64,000 bases of DNA, taken from Octopus vulgaris (taxonomy: Eukaryota). The position numbers and the translations under genes were made by a program. The stretch covers positions 23,374,001-23,438,000 of the forward strand of contig OX597830.1 of NCBI GenBank assembly GCA_951406725.2, read 5' to 3'. Shown here piece by piece: positions 1 through 14,861 of the stretch. The notes beneath the pieces were generated by a model. It did no database searches. It worked only from the letters and a program-made list of their open reading frames with translations, and was not told where the DNA came from. Positions within the stretch are counted from its first letter, which is position 1. Each line of letters begins with the position of its first letter.

Positions 1-360
1 CACCCATCTCTAGACATTTAGCTTCAAACCATATACAATAGACATTATAAGCTCAATAGAAGAACTATAGCCTGCCTGTCATTCATTATGTTTATTATTG
101 ATCATATATAAATAATAAAACATTGAATAAGCGAAAGATATGAACGAGATATGTCTACGTGTGTCTAGGTGAAGTGTCGTTAGCAAAACTTAGTTAACTT
201 AGCAAAACTAGTCGATCTTCGGTGAATGGCCCGCTAATCCGATTTTGACTGCTTTATGAAGATGGCGATATCTGTCTACCATCATAATGTTAACAAGTTT
301 ATACGGTTATGGCCAAGTGGCAGACGATCAGATGCCACCTCGCTACGTAATATAATATCA

Positions 361-368
361 CACACACA

Positions 369-459
<91 letters not shown>
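361..459. repeat. (CA)n microsatellite
   Basis: Near-pure CA run. Confidence 0.98.
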
Positions 460-461
<2 letters not shown>

Positions 462-561
462 TATGATTTATGATGTATTTATATATATATATACAGATAA
501 TGTGAATTTGGAGAGATGTATTATTCGGACGACCATGTATTCTATATCTTTATAATTATTG

Positions 562-564
<3 letters not shown>

Positions 565-655
<91 letters not shown>

Positions 656-674
656 CATATATATATATATATAC

Positions 675-705
<31 letters not shown>

Positions 706-778
706 CGTACATATATATATACATACGTAAATATATACACATATATATATATATATATACATACGTAAATATATACAC

Positions 779-811
<33 letters not shown>

Positions 812-842
812 CATATATATATATATACATATATATATATAC

Positions 843-893
<51 letters not shown>

Positions 894-959
894 CATACAC
901 ATATATACATACACATATATACATACACATATATACATACACACATATATATATATATA
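565..959. repeat. (TA)n / (TACA)n compound microsatellite
   Basis: TA run degenerating into TACA/TATA mixtures; explains the YI-repeat ORFs. Confidence 0.97.
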
Positions 960-1595
960 CTAGCAGTATCGCCCGGCGTTGCTCGGGTTTGTAAGGGAAA
1001 TAACTATATAAGCATTTTTAGAGAGTTATAGCCAAAAAATAGCAAAAAATGCATTAAAAATGGAAAAAATATGATGGTAAATTTTTTTTAAATCGTTGAC
1101 TCATCGTAGACATTTCTAGAGAGTTACTTTCCTTATATAATAGCGAAAAAATGCATTAAAATGGAAAAAAAACGATGGTAAATTTTTTTTTAAATCGTAG
1201 ACTCATGTAGACGCTTTCTTAGCCATTTCTGTTTTGGTGTCTTCAAGCCATGAAGTCGTTGTTCTAAAAGAACACTGGTCTCCTTGACAACGCATTACGA
1301 CGTTGATTTCCTTACACTCCCTTCCCCACAGGTGCAGGTGTGAGCGTGGACGCCAACTCCGCCGCCATCGACACACGAAAAATTATGCATTAAAATGGAA
1401 TAAAAAATGATGTTAAATTATTTTTAAAATCGTAGACTCATCGTAGACGCGCGCTAATATTCAGACGGGCTCGATATGAATCACGACTATAAGCTACCCG
1501 AATTTGGTTAAACTGCACCGCAAAATGTGGGAGTAGTTAGGAATCTAAATCGAAGGGGACAGACACTCACACAACTACAGTTTTATATATATAGA
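960..1595 (-). mobile_element. Non-autonomous Helitron
   Basis: Minus strand reads A|TCTATATATATAAAA...CCCGAGCAACGCCGGG (hairpin)-CGATACTG-CTAG|T: 5'-TC, 3' hairpin plus CTAG, insertion between A and T, no TSD. Second copy at 24277-24671. Confidence 0.8.
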
Positions 1596-1609
1596 TATAC
1601 ATAGCGCAG

Positions 1610-1965
1610 TAGTGGTGAGATATGACAGCAAAGAAAAGCATACATTCACTCTCTGCATGCAATTAGACTCGGAAAGTTCGTGAGGAACCCATTGACCCAA
1701 TTTGCTGACTTTTCCGATAGCACACAGGTGTCAATGAATGGTTGAATGACCAAATCCAAGCTCCTCTGCTAGTTCCTCAACAGTTACGATGATATTTTGT
1801 TCCACCAGGGTTTTCAGGATGTCCTTGTCGAGTTCTACAGATCTTTCAGGGTGAGGCTCGTCTTCTAGGCTGTAGTTTATGGCTCGGGATTTCTGGAACC
1901 ACCATTGACACTGCCTTACGCTTATTGTCCAATCCCCATATACTGCATTAATATTTCTTGTACTT
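1610..1965 (-). pseudogene. mariner transposase fragment (HTH plus WVPHEL linker)
   Basis: ORF RNINAVYGDWTISVRQCQWWFQK...LEDEP...TVEELAEELG continues past a stop into HLCAIGKVSKLGQWVPHELSE. Confidence 0.88.
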
Positions 1966-2029
1966 TGCACACATTTATATTCTGTTATTCTTTTATATGT
2001 TTCAGCCTTGAGGTTGTGGCCATGCTGGA

Positions 2030-2356
2030 TCATGTGTGTGTGTGTGTGTGTCTATCTGTCTGTCTGTCTGTATGTATATATGTATATGTATGTGTGTGAA
2101 CAATAATATTTTCAACAGATGTGTTGCAAATGTATCTGATTGTTCTCAAGCTTCAATACTGTGTGTGTGTGTATGTGTGTGTGTGTATGTATGTATGTAT
2201 ATGTATGTATGTATGTATATGTATGTATGTATGTATGTATGTGTGTATGTATGTATGTGTGTGTGTATGTATGTGTGTGTGTATGTGTGTGTGTGTATGT
2301 ATGTATGTATGTATGTATGTATGTATGTATGTATGTATGTATGTATGTATGTATGA
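2030..2356. repeat. (TG)n/(TATG)n microsatellites
   Basis: Direct reading. Confidence 0.95.
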
Positions 2357-2827
2357 GTGCATGTTTACTTTATTACTAATTACTCTCTTCCAAGAACATT
2401 TTCACTCACTCTTAGCTCTTAGCTTCCCATACATTTTACTCATGTATCTATCAGCGTCATAGACAGAATACTTTCACTTTAGTCTTCCTCAAATCACTCT
2501 GTCGCTATTTACTTTCATTTTATTCGTTGCCCACTGTGTGTGTGCGTTTGCGTGTGGTGTAAACCAGACTAAGAAAAGCATTTGACACACACACCAGAAT
2601 GTGAGTTTTCTGTAAATTTTGCTTAATTGGAGTTTAAATTTTAAAAACTGGACCTGGCATGACGCGATGCATTGTACTCTCAAAAATGCTAGGTAAATTG
2701 TAATTGAAGAAATCCTATATTGTAGATTTGTATAACTCCCAAAGGGAGGCAGATAAAATCTGCCTTTTATAATAAGAGATACATACATACATACATACAT
2801 ACATACATACATACATACATACATACA

Positions 2828-2887
<60 letters not shown>

Positions 2888-3004
2888 TGATATGATATAC
2901 GATATTATGATAAATATACAGTATCTATATTTGAATACATATAAAAATATGATATATGAAGTGTGTGTGTGTATGGGGGCGGAGGTATATGTTTTTATTT
3001 TTGT

Positions 3005-3360
3005 ATTTATTTCAGTCATTCCACTGTGGCCATGATGGGGCAACGCGCTGAAAGCTTCTGGTCGAAAATATCGAGCCCAGTGCTTATTGCCTTGCAAGTC
3101 TGGTACTTATTCTGCCGTTCCCTTTTGCCGAACCGCTAAGTTACAGGGATGTAAACAAACCGTATATCAAATGGTGGCAGGGGAAAACAGAGGCACAAAG
3201 ACGCCCCCCCCCCCGAAACACACACATACACACACGACGGTGGGGAGGTTTCCTCGCAGTTTTCCTCTGCCAAATTCATTCCCAAATTATTAGTTATCCT
3301 GGAGCTATAGCAAAAGACATTTGCCGAAGATGCTGCGCCATGGTTCTATACCTTAAATTG
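3005..3360 (-). mobile_element. Diverged tRNA-derived SINE (family A)
   Basis: Contains ttttgccgaaccgctaagttac and ttcagtcatt...gtggccatg motifs shared with other family A copies. Confidence 0.7.
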
Positions 3361-3375
3361 ATTGTTTGCAAAGCG

Positions 3376-3415
<40 letters not shown>

Positions 3416-3559
3416 CGCTCATATTATTTCATTCTTTCCATCTTTCTCTCAGCCCTTTTACACTTCGTTCATTCCACTCTTCGTTCTTTCATTCCCCTTC
3501 TCTCACATTTCCTGGCCTTCTCTTCATGCTCACTTTCCCTCTTACACTTCACTGTGTCT

Positions 3560-4103
3560 CTTTCATTTTTCTCTCTCCCCTCCTTAATTCTTCTATCCCT
3601 CTACCTCTACCTCTCTTTCTTGTCTCCCTACATGGCCGGTGTTCGGCCAGGCCTGATATTTCTTTCTTGGTTGGACTACTGTCCGTGCAACATCTATATT
3701 CCTTCCTGTGCTTATTAAATCTTATGTCCCTGCCGTAAGGTTTTACTTCCACACACGCCAGCTTAATTTAATTCGTCCTTAGTCGAAAGACACCTGTTGT
3801 TATGTCCTGTTATTTGTATTTGTATAACATTTCTGGTGTTTTTTCCGTCCTTGCTTTCATATACATTCGCTGCTTTCTTCCAAGAAATGTAATGCTCTTA
3901 GCTTATGTTTCCTTGGGGCTGGTGAGATTGGAGCAATCTCGAGTATAACTAGCCGAAATTGCAAAGATAATCTGGAACTCGACTGAGGAAAGAAAACTCC
4001 GAATGACCCGTCCTTGTTTTCTTTGTATCGTCTATCTGAATGTTTTGTTGTCCCTTTTTTGTATCACCTAACTGTCTGGATATTTTGCGTTCTTGTCCCA
4101 TTT

Positions 4104-4105
<2 letters not shown>
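3560..4105 (+). mobile_element. Non-coding dispersed repeat (Penelope-like terminal-repeat family), copies at 58460-58972 and 36820-36990 (-)
   Basis: Shared gaaagacac.tgttg, gccgaa..tg.aa.gat.atctggaa..gactga.ga...cgaatgacccgtccttg; ends in (TA)n. Confidence 0.6.
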
Positions 4106-4191
<86 letters not shown>

Positions 4192-4199
4192 CATATCTG

Positions 4200-5370
4200 T
4201 TGGAGGGCCACATGAAGAAATTTTCAATGTAAAGGTAAAGGGTAATAGCTTCTTCAAGCTGATCACGTGCCATTTTACATTGGTTCAACCAGTGCAAACG
4301 CGCCATCTCAAATATAACATTTTGGTGCAGTTCTCCTGAAGAACAGGCATCAGAGAATTCTTATTTCTGTATTGCCCACAGGGGGCCAAACACAGAGGGG
4401 ACAAACAAGGACAGATAAAGGGATTAAGTCGATTACATCGACCCAGTGCGTAACTGGTACTTAATTTATCGACCCCAAAAGGATGAAAGGCAAAGTAGAC
4501 CTCGGCGAAATTTGAACTCAGAACATAACGGCAAACGAAATACCGCCAAGCATTTCGTCCGACGCGCTAACGTTTCTGCCAGCTCGCTGCCACAGAGAAT
4601 TCTTCACCAGTTGGAATTCATCATGGTTGTTGTCCCTTTCTCAGAGCTTTTCATCTTTCTGAAACAACTCATGCAGGAAACTGCATGGGCTTTTCATATC
4701 ATTTGAGACTGGCCCCACTGCCACCTGCGTTCTGCTGACGATTGCAGCATGATAGGAGGCAGCGAAGCAGAATTTCAGGAACTCGCCATCAGACTTGAAT
4801 GAAAACCTGAGTGTTGTAAACAGATGTCAGTTCAGAAAGGAGCATGATTCTTGTCAATAACAACATCCAGAATACAGCAACGAATGTAAGTTTTCCCGCG
4901 AAACTAAAGTTGTACAATACTCTAACGGTTTTTGTACGGATGTGAAGGCGCCCCCAGGAGAAATAAACCATGTGTTTGAATACAAGTGCTTCATAAAACT
5001 ACTACGCATCTCGAACACAGAGGGCCAGATAGACAGCTTTGTCAGAAAGCCCTGCTGAGTAGCACGCCACCAAATATAGAGGAAAGCAGAAAATATACTT
5101 GACTACAATAAAGTATTGAAAGGTCATCTGGTACAGATATTTCTCCGTCCACGGCTCCATGTCCAAAACCATTGTCCAGGGCAAAGTTGAATGGAAGAAA
5201 AGAAGAGGCCGATAAAGAAAATCCAGGTCTGACAACCTTAAGTAGAGGACGGGTCTCAAAAGCTCCGATCCTTCTATGTGTGTGGCGTAGAACATAAATC
5301 AAAGACGATACCTGATTGCCGGAGCGTCTAGAGTGTTGCGCCAAATATGCGCTGTGTCAGTTATGAATGG
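4200..5370 (+). mobile_element. Decayed RTE-clade LINE (RT to 3' end), interrupted by a SINE
   Basis: Frameshifted RT motifs (ctgcgttctgctgacgat ~ LR(F)ADD; tacggatgtgaa = YGCE) and C-terminal SKTIVQGKVE.K.RRGR..KS..DNL; followed by a (GAT)n-like tail. Confidence 0.75.
4363..4592 (-). mobile_element. tRNA-derived SINE (family B) with 12-bp TSD
   Basis: TSD cagagaattctt at 4351-4362 and 4593-4604; B-box gagttcaaattt; gcctttcatccttt..ggggtcgataaattaagtaccag core. Confidence 0.92.
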
Positions 5371-5781
5371 AGATATAAAATTAATGATGGTGGTGATAAT
5401 AATAATGATGATGATGTGTTTCGATGATAATGGCTTATTTCAGTTAGTTATGTACGGAAAATGTCTTATAAAATAATTCTCCTCAGAACATTTCAAGATA
5501 GGATTTATGAAGAAGGTATCACGTAAGCGTTTTCTTACACAGTTACTCGAAACACATGTACTAAATGCATTCAATATATCAATATTTGGTTTTATCTTTA
5601 TTACACAATATTTAAATCCACGCCAATTCAGTCTGAACTGTTTTTGCTTCGTTTGCGCGGTTAACGTAACAAAAATTCAGTACTGGGACGTTTTAAAGGA
5701 ACTGGGTCCAAAAATTCTGTTAAAGTCTATCGCATCAAAGCAAAACCCGTATTATATACATACACGCGCGCGCGCACACAT

Positions 5782-5867
<86 letters not shown>

Positions 5868-5869
5868 AA

Positions 5870-6586
5870 TCTATTCAATAAAATCGCCATTGGCTTTAAC
5901 AACGACCTCCAGACGACTTCGGAATCTCCTGCTGCCATAATCCTTGCCTTCAATTCATCTTTGGTGTTACATGGAGTTTTGTTGTCAACTGCACCACACA
6001 CCATAATAATCAAGGGGACTGCAGTCTAGGAGGTTGGGTGGTCAGATGTTAGGGGTGATGTGGTCGCAGAAATTGTCTGACAGCCATGACTGAGTTCTCG
6101 TGCTTGTGTGGTATGGTGCAGAGTCCTGTTGCCAGAGAGAGGGTCTTCTAGCAGCCACCCTCTTGACCAAGAGCAGCACTACCTCCTCCACGGACTTGAT
6201 GTACGCCTCCGTGTTGAGTCTGAGGCCGTGTGGGAAGAGGAATGGATGCATAACGTCGCCATTACTAGTGATCACACCAAACACCATGATGTTGAATGGA
6301 TGTTTCCTCTTTATCACTCTCGATACATGTCTTCAAATTGCACCATCCTCAGATTGACACCCAAAACACCGAAATGTTCGTACTGGAGCTTCAGGCGCGA
6401 ATGCCAAACAGTACAGCATGTCGTTTCCAAATTTCTGGCAGAATGAATTCCGACAAGGTGCTGTTTTTGTTACAGACGGTGCTTAATTGACCCTACTATA
6501 CTTTGTAGTCGACAAAACCAAAACCAAACAATACACTTGCGCGTTATAAAAATATAGAACGGTGACAATTTATCCATCGCACCCTG
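5870..6586 (-). mobile_element. Tc1/mariner (maT/DD37D-like) transposon remnant
   Basis: IMVFGVITSNG...WQQDSAPYHTS...(W)PPN..DC.PLDYY motifs; TA|CAGGGTGCGATGG terminal at ~6586. Confidence 0.85.
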
Positions 6587-6750
6587 TATATATAAATACG
6601 CATACGTAAATATATACACGCACAAACACATATATATGCATACACAAACACATACACACACAGTCACATAATTTGTTCATACGCACACATACACACATAC
6701 ACGCATATTTCATATGTACATACACACGTTTGTATACAAACGCACATATA

Positions 6751-6927
6751 GTCGTAGGAGTGGCTGTATGGTAAGTAGTTTGCTTACGAACCACATGGTT
6801 ATGGTTCCGGGTTCAGTCCCACTGCGTGGCACCTTGGGCAAATGTCTTCTACTATAACCTCGGTCCGACCTAAGCCCTGTGAGTGGATTTGGTAGACGGA
6901 AACTGAAAGAAGCCCGTCGTATATATA

Positions 6928-6959
<32 letters not shown>

Positions 6960-6972
6960 CATATATATATAC

Positions 6973-7035
<63 letters not shown>

Positions 7036-7260
7036 GTGTGTGTGTGTGTATGTTTGTGTGTCAGTGTTTGTCCCCCAACATCGCTTGACAACCGATGCTG
7101 GTGAGTTTACGTCCCCGTAACCTAGCGGTTCGGCAAAACGAGACCGATAGAATAAGTACTAGGCTAACAAAGACTAAGTCCTGGGGGTCGATTCGCTCGA
7201 CTGAAGGCGGTGCTCCAGCATGGCCGCAGTCAAATGACTGAAACAAGTAAAAGAGTAAAG
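6751..7260 (+). mobile_element. SINE family A (tRNA head, internal TA/TG microsatellite)
   Basis: ggagtggctgt.tggtaagtag..tgctt...ccgggttcagtccc head; gactgaaacaagtaaaagag tail. Confidence 0.93.
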
Positions 7261-7682
7261 TGTAAGAGCATATGCATAAAATAATCGAATGTGTTAAAAG
7301 GCAAATTAAAAGACCATAGCTTACAAATTTAATTTCAAAAATATAAAAACGCTATATGAATTATTCATAGGATTGTCATATTAAAAAAAAAAACTCTTTG
7401 GATTATCTATATCCATTGCTGTGAGCATCTCCTTGGCTAACCTTCTACATGTAACAATTAACCTTGCTAATAGTCTCTGTATATAAACCTTATCGGGACT
7501 GAACGAAAGCTAACGCTTTATAAATAGTTTGGTACTTCAGCAAGATCTCTAGAAGCGGAGATAAGCAATGTGTATCATTAAAGGTTATCAAGTACGCGGG
7601 TTAGTGAACGCATTTTAAAAATACATTCTTGGTATAATGATAAGGTTTCAGTACGAAGTGTGTCTAAGGACACTACACTACA

Positions 7683-7738
<56 letters not shown>

Positions 7739-7756
7739 TATATATTCTTTGTGTGC

Positions 7757-7804
<48 letters not shown>

Positions 7805-7898
7805 CATATACATGTATATATGCGTATAAGTACATATGTATAAGTACATATGTTTTTACATATATATATGTATATATATGTATACATATATGCGTGTG

Positions 7899-7942
<44 letters not shown>

Positions 7943-7943
<1 letters not shown>

Positions 7944-8230
7944 TGGAGGCGCAATGGCCCAGTGGTTAGGGCAGCGGACTCGCGGTCGTAGGATCGCGGT
8001 TTCGATTCCCATACCGGGCGTTGTGAGTGTTTATTGAGCGAAAACACCTTAAAGCTCCACGAGGCTCCGGCAGGGGGTGGTGATCCCTGCTGTACTGTTT
8101 CACTCACTCTTTCTTCTATTGGCCTGCTCGCCTAGCCAATGGAGTGGCGTCATTTGAAGGCTAAAACAATGCGAACGCATTGTGACCAGCGATGTGTAAC
8201 AACATCTGATGGTCTGGTCGGTCACGCGAT
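7943..8230 (+). mobile_element. SINE family C (tRNA-Arg-like head, resembles Octopus OR-type SINE)
   Basis: ggaggcgcaatggcccagtggttagggcagcggactcgcggtc...ggtttcgattccc; second copy at 14862-15145. Confidence 0.88.
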
Positions 8231-8247
8231 ATATTAATAATAGTAAT

Positions 8248-8451
8248 ACTCTTTTACTTGTTTCAGTCATTTGACTGCGGCCATGCTTTTAGTCGAGCAA
8301 ATTGTCCCCAGAGCTTATTCTTTGTAAGCCTAGTACTTATTCTATCGGTCACTTTTGCCGAACCGCTAAGTTACGGGGACGTAAACACTTGCCCAATGTT
8401 CCACGCAGTAGGACTAAACCCGGAACCATGTTGTTGGTAAGCAAGCTACTT
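8248..8451 (-). mobile_element. SINE family A, 3' part (5' head displaced to 10891-10929)
   Basis: Family A sequence resumes after the Tx1-like insertion. Confidence 0.85.
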
Positions 8452-10890
8452 TATTTCATAAATATTTGCCATGAAGGTATTACAAAGAGGGAACTGACAA
8501 GAACAGACAAACATAAAAGGGTGAAGTGGCTGTAGCGATTAAATATTTACAATTTAAAAATACAATAATTTAATGAATAAGCTTATAATTTTTGACTTAA
8601 GCGTTGCTCATTACAAATGAAATTTGTAATGGCTTCTCTGAAGGATAGGCATCCAACCATCAGGGTAGACCCCTTGGTTTTTCTTTCCTGTTTTTGGCTT
8701 CCACTTATTTGGTGTCAAACACTCCCAGTTTCCTCGCCACGGGCTTCCATCTTCTCATGAATTTGTCTCGTGACAGGTACCTCTTCTCCAGCCTGATCTT
8801 ACTACTGAGGAGGTAACTAAAAAAAGTTGACCAGACCCTGGCCGGATACAAAGGTACCCATCTCTATGCCTCTCACACGCGTCTTCCATAGTGTTTCTTC
8901 CAGTATGGCTACTACACAGAAAAAGCAAACCTTCCTCGGCACAACCTCGATGATAGATTCAGCTGATAGCTGTACTCTCCCCATCGATGACAACAGTTGC
9001 TCTGCGAAAACTATCAGTCTCGTTAATTCCGGACATTCCACAAATGCGTGCAAGACAGTTTCCCTCACGGCCCAATGCGCGTACTTTAGCCCGAACTCTG
9101 CACCCCACATGTTTGGCTTTGAGATGCAGAGCCCAACCTCAACGCCTCCTCTAGGTCCTTAACAAGTTGCCCCTCTATTCTGGCCTTATCTAGTCTTAGC
9201 TGACGGCTAAACCTAATAGACTCAAAACGAATGGCTCTCTTGAGGGCGAACCACCATCGGTTATTCACCACCGCGCCGGTTAACGCCCTCTCTACTAATT
9301 CCTCAATCCGGCTACGGTATGCCTCGCAAGTCAAAATAGATCTGTTCAGCTTCCAGTAGCCGGATCCCCTCTTAACTGTACTATATATGTCCAGTCTACA
9401 CTTAACCATTCTATGGTCAGTGTAAGCTACTTGGACAACCTGTGGACAGCTAAAACTAGACTTATTTCCAGTTCTTATCACTATCCTATCTAAATAGGAC
9501 TTGAACCTTCCGTCGCCACTCATGGGACGTTCGGATGGTCAAGTCTGTAACGGTCTGCCAGCTGAAAACACTTGAGCAGATCTACGAGACGTGAGTTTAC
9601 TTTCCTATAGATTGAGCTAACGCTATCGATGCGTACGTCATCTGTAGCGTTATTGTCACCTAACACCACTAATGTCTTCGACGTTACGAGAAAGTTCTCT
9701 AAGCGCCGATAAAAATCAGTTTGAATTCCTCTAGCACAAGGTGCATAGATCCCGATCAACCTGAAGGCCTTACTGCTGTATGTCACATCAAGGACGACCA
9801 CCCCACCTTCCGGGTCTACATAGACTGTGCTTGTCTGCAGAGCCAAGCCTTCTCGAACCCGTACTGCTACACCCCCTCGCCCTCCTGTCCGGCTAGGAGA
9901 CATGATTTTCTCATAGTCATTCAGGAGGGACGAGAAGGCTTGTAGACTCTGTCTAGCTTGGTCTCTGTAGCAACCATCACATGCATATCGTGTGATCTAA
10001 GGTCGTCGAGGAAACAAGCTTGCTTCCACTTCGAGCTCAGACCACGCACATTCAAACACCCAAGGTTAAGTGCAGTCATTTAAAACAAAAGAAAAGCAAG
10101 GGTTCTAGTCACTCTTTGACTTATTCTTTTATTGGTGATGCTGGGGCTGACCTCACCACACGTGACACGATACAGCAGCTACTGCAGCGAAATTTTTTGC
10201 TGGCTCATGCAGCTGGTATGTTTCTTGAATTATTTCGACCGACATATTCGTTCGGAATAAATTTATACTCAATTTAATCCTAGAAAATGGGAAACCTATA
10301 ATTTTTTACTTTTTTTTCTCTCAACGAGGACAACAGTTCAAATCCCACCCCCACTGGGCGGGGGGAAGCGAGACGTAACAACAAAGTCTACAAAGTTCGA
10401 AATTAATTTTTTTGTTTAAACATAATAATAAAAATACAGAATCCCCCAAAACGGGAAACCTATAATATTTTTTTCTCACAACGAGGACAACAGTTCAAAT
10501 CTCACCCACGCTAGGGGCGGGGTGCAACAATTGAGCCTACAACGGCTAAAATTTAATTTTTCACGCAATAATAAATTGATTATCCCCCCAAACGGGAAAC
10601 CTATAATATTTTTTTCCTCTTAATGAGAATAACAGTTCAAATCCCACCCCGCTGGCTTTAATAAGTTCAATATTAATAATATTAATAATTTCAATATTTC
10701 AACAATTACTTTCTCCCGTCACCGGGAAAAAGCACAAAAATTTTCAAAGTTTAACAATGTTCAACAGTTCGAAAATATTCAACAATAAACAACAATCCCA
10801 ATAGAAAAACTATCCAACGTTCAACAAAACGTTTGACTCACCGCCCCAAAAAAACAACAACAAAAAAAAAACACGTCTATCCACGACAGA
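8452..10890 (-). mobile_element. Internally deleted Tx1/L1-like LINE with TSD
   Basis: ORF2 starts at 10079 (MTALNLGCLNVRGL...ATETKL), with APE motifs GGVAV, IYAP, LGD.N, YLDRI, TDH, GYWKLN, joined directly to the C-terminal ETVLHAFVECP zinc-finger region (RT absent). TSD ggtaagcaagcta(c/t)tt at 8436-8451 and 10891-10906. Confidence 0.88.
10285..10660. repeat. Three tandem ~140-165-bp repeats in the LINE 5' UTR
   Basis: gggaaacctataat...aacagttcaaatc(c/t)caccc recurs at ~10289, ~10453 and ~10594. Confidence 0.85.
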
Positions 10891-11549
10891 GGTAAGCAAG
10901 CTATTTACCACGCAGCCACTCCTGTGCCTATTATAGTAAGCTTATTTAAACATAGAGAAGAGTTACAAGTAAATGAAATCTCCAAGCGGTTTAAATGTAC
11001 AAGTATCCGATATACATTTGGATAAAAAGCATCTGCAGAAGGGCACTCAAGAGTTATGACCTAGATGCAGCCCGTCCTTCTTAGAGTAGAGTGAAAGGGG
11101 TCAAGGACCGAAACACCTGAGTGGGGTTTCATCTCTGAAGACCTTCTGCTGTTTAGCTCTCTTGAGAATTTCTTACCACTTCAGTTACACCTAATCTATC
11201 CCCTAACTGGGGGTATGTCATAGTTAAGGGAACGTATCTGATGGAAAATAACAGACTTCAAAAGGCAGAGATCAGATGTCCGAGGCGCAAAGAGCAACTC
11301 ACACTACCTCGTTCCCCGCCAACCCTCCCCTGCAATAAATGCCCGTGACGCTTCTATATCACCCTTTTGTATAGCCATCTCAGGCACCGGCACACTTCGC
11401 ACCCATCGGGAGGAAGAGACTTAATCACTAGTTTCAGATTAACTACTCGAGTACGAGTTAATGCCGATGACGACCATCCCCAAATCATAGCTTCGTCGAG
11501 CAAAGTTAAATTAACACCAACAAAATTAATTAATTTATTGAAAGTGTAC

Positions 11550-11731
11550 TATCGAATTTGATGGCATATTAGACGCATACTTATTTCGGCTGCGCATATT
11601 CTGGAGAAAAGTTTTTAATGCATTAAAGCTTATGGGAGGCACAAGATCGCAGAAATATGTAGTTATTTATTTATTGATGACGTTTCTGTGAAAAACAAAA
11701 ACGTGCGTTTTATATGTCATGAAATACAATA
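11550..11731. mobile_element. pogo/Tigger-like MITE
   Basis: Imperfect TIRs atggcatattagacgca / tgcgttttatatgtcat. Confidence 0.5.
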
Positions 11732-11834
11732 ATTCTAAAATTACCTTTTTAAGTCGATATCCTTAGCTAAGATCATAGTCTATAAATGTCTAGTAAAAAC
11801 CCTGCTTCTCATAAAGCGCATACAGATCTGAGCT

Positions 11835-12000
11835 TCTTAGTAACCTGGGCCGGACAAGTCACAAGGTTCACAGACAACAGGTGGGACCGTGCAGTTGCCG
11901 AGTGGCATCCACAAGATCGGAAAATGCCACATGGAAGGCCTGCACGACGACAGAAAGAAAAATTAGTTCAGTAACTTGAATCCAGATGGAAAAGAATACA
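11835..12000 (+). mobile_element. RTE-clade LINE 3' fragment
   Basis: WAGQVTRFTDNRW...EWHPQDRKMPHGRPARR matches the RTE ORF C-terminus pattern. Confidence 0.8.
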
Positions 12001-12435
12001 GTAATTGTGATTAGGGGTGTATAATTGCATATGATAGTCTGGGAAATACTGTGTTACTGTGATAATATATCATAGTATTACAGTACCACCCATACTATCA
12101 GATGCAGCTATACACTGGACCGCTGGTAGCGGAGAATCTTTTGCTACCCTTATATTTATTAATTAATGATTTTTTGGCTAATTTTGAAATTAAATCAGCA
12201 GTTTATATTTGCAGCTGAGAAGACCGCGCGATTGCGGTGGATTTTGAAAATTTATAGCATATAGACTTGAGGCTTCTTTACCATAGCCTCGTGGATATAT
12301 GTTCGTCCTTGGCTTCTCTGCTGACGAGGCACGCCAGTTGTAAATAAATTAAATTTAATTTAATTAGCGGTTTGAGTTTTGCTGCTCTTTCTAGTGAGTC
12401 GAATGTCCTATAATGGCCATTCCTTATATTTTTGA

Positions 12436-13802
<1,367 letters not shown>

Positions 13803-13840
13803 TATATATTTATATATTATATATATTATATATATATTAT

Positions 13841-13905
<65 letters not shown>

Positions 13906-14043
13906 GTATATATATATGTATATATATATGTATATATATAAATGGCTAAAAAAAAAAAAAAAAAATTTTTTTGGCTGCTATTTCTAATGAGTTCAGTATG
14001 TGGCAAAGTAATTTATTTTACTAAGCCCTTTATAAAATGAAAT

Positions 14044-14302
<259 letters not shown>

Positions 14303-14303
14303 G

Positions 14304-14394
<91 letters not shown>

Positions 14395-14431
14395 GTATAT
14401 ATATATATATATGTATATATATATGTATCAT

Positions 14432-14665
14432 GTTGATTCGCTAGCCTCTGCACGCATTTTTTTCTCTCCTTCTTTCTGTGTATTTTCTTTGTGTATCTTT
14501 CTGTTGAAGAGCGTAGGCTCGAAACGTTAAAGACTTGTTTTATTTATATTTCCTGAGCGCCACACTAATACAATTGTTTGTTTGTATTCCACCTGCCTTC
14601 GTCTTTTGTTTATTTCCGTAAACCTGCCTTCGTCTTTTGTCTATTTTCATAAAGCTTCCCGTTAT
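14432..14665 (+). mobile_element. Penelope-like terminal-repeat fragment with degenerate hammerhead; copies 21420-21580 (-) and 57296-57475 (-)
   Basis: TCTTT-CTGtTGA-A-GAGC-GTAG-GCTC-GAAAC-GTT-AAAGA at 14496-14533; all copies sit in (TA)n. Confidence 0.6.
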
Positions 14666-14765
14666 ATATATATATATATATATCTACATATACATATATA
14701 TATATATCTACATATGCATATATATACATATACATATATATATATACATATATATATATACACAC

Positions 14766-14859
<94 letters not shown>

Positions 14860-14861
14860 AT

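Noticed and set aside
256-1031. Long YI/HT/CV-repeat ORFs (here and throughout the window)
   Set aside because: Translations of dinucleotide microsatellites that lack stop codons.
7943-8020. Functional tRNA-Arg gene
   Set aside because: It is the head of a multicopy SINE, the acceptor stem does not pair and the SINE body follows.
11100-11150. Type II hammerhead (GAAAC...CTGAAGA)
   Set aside because: Stem II register does not pair next to the cores.
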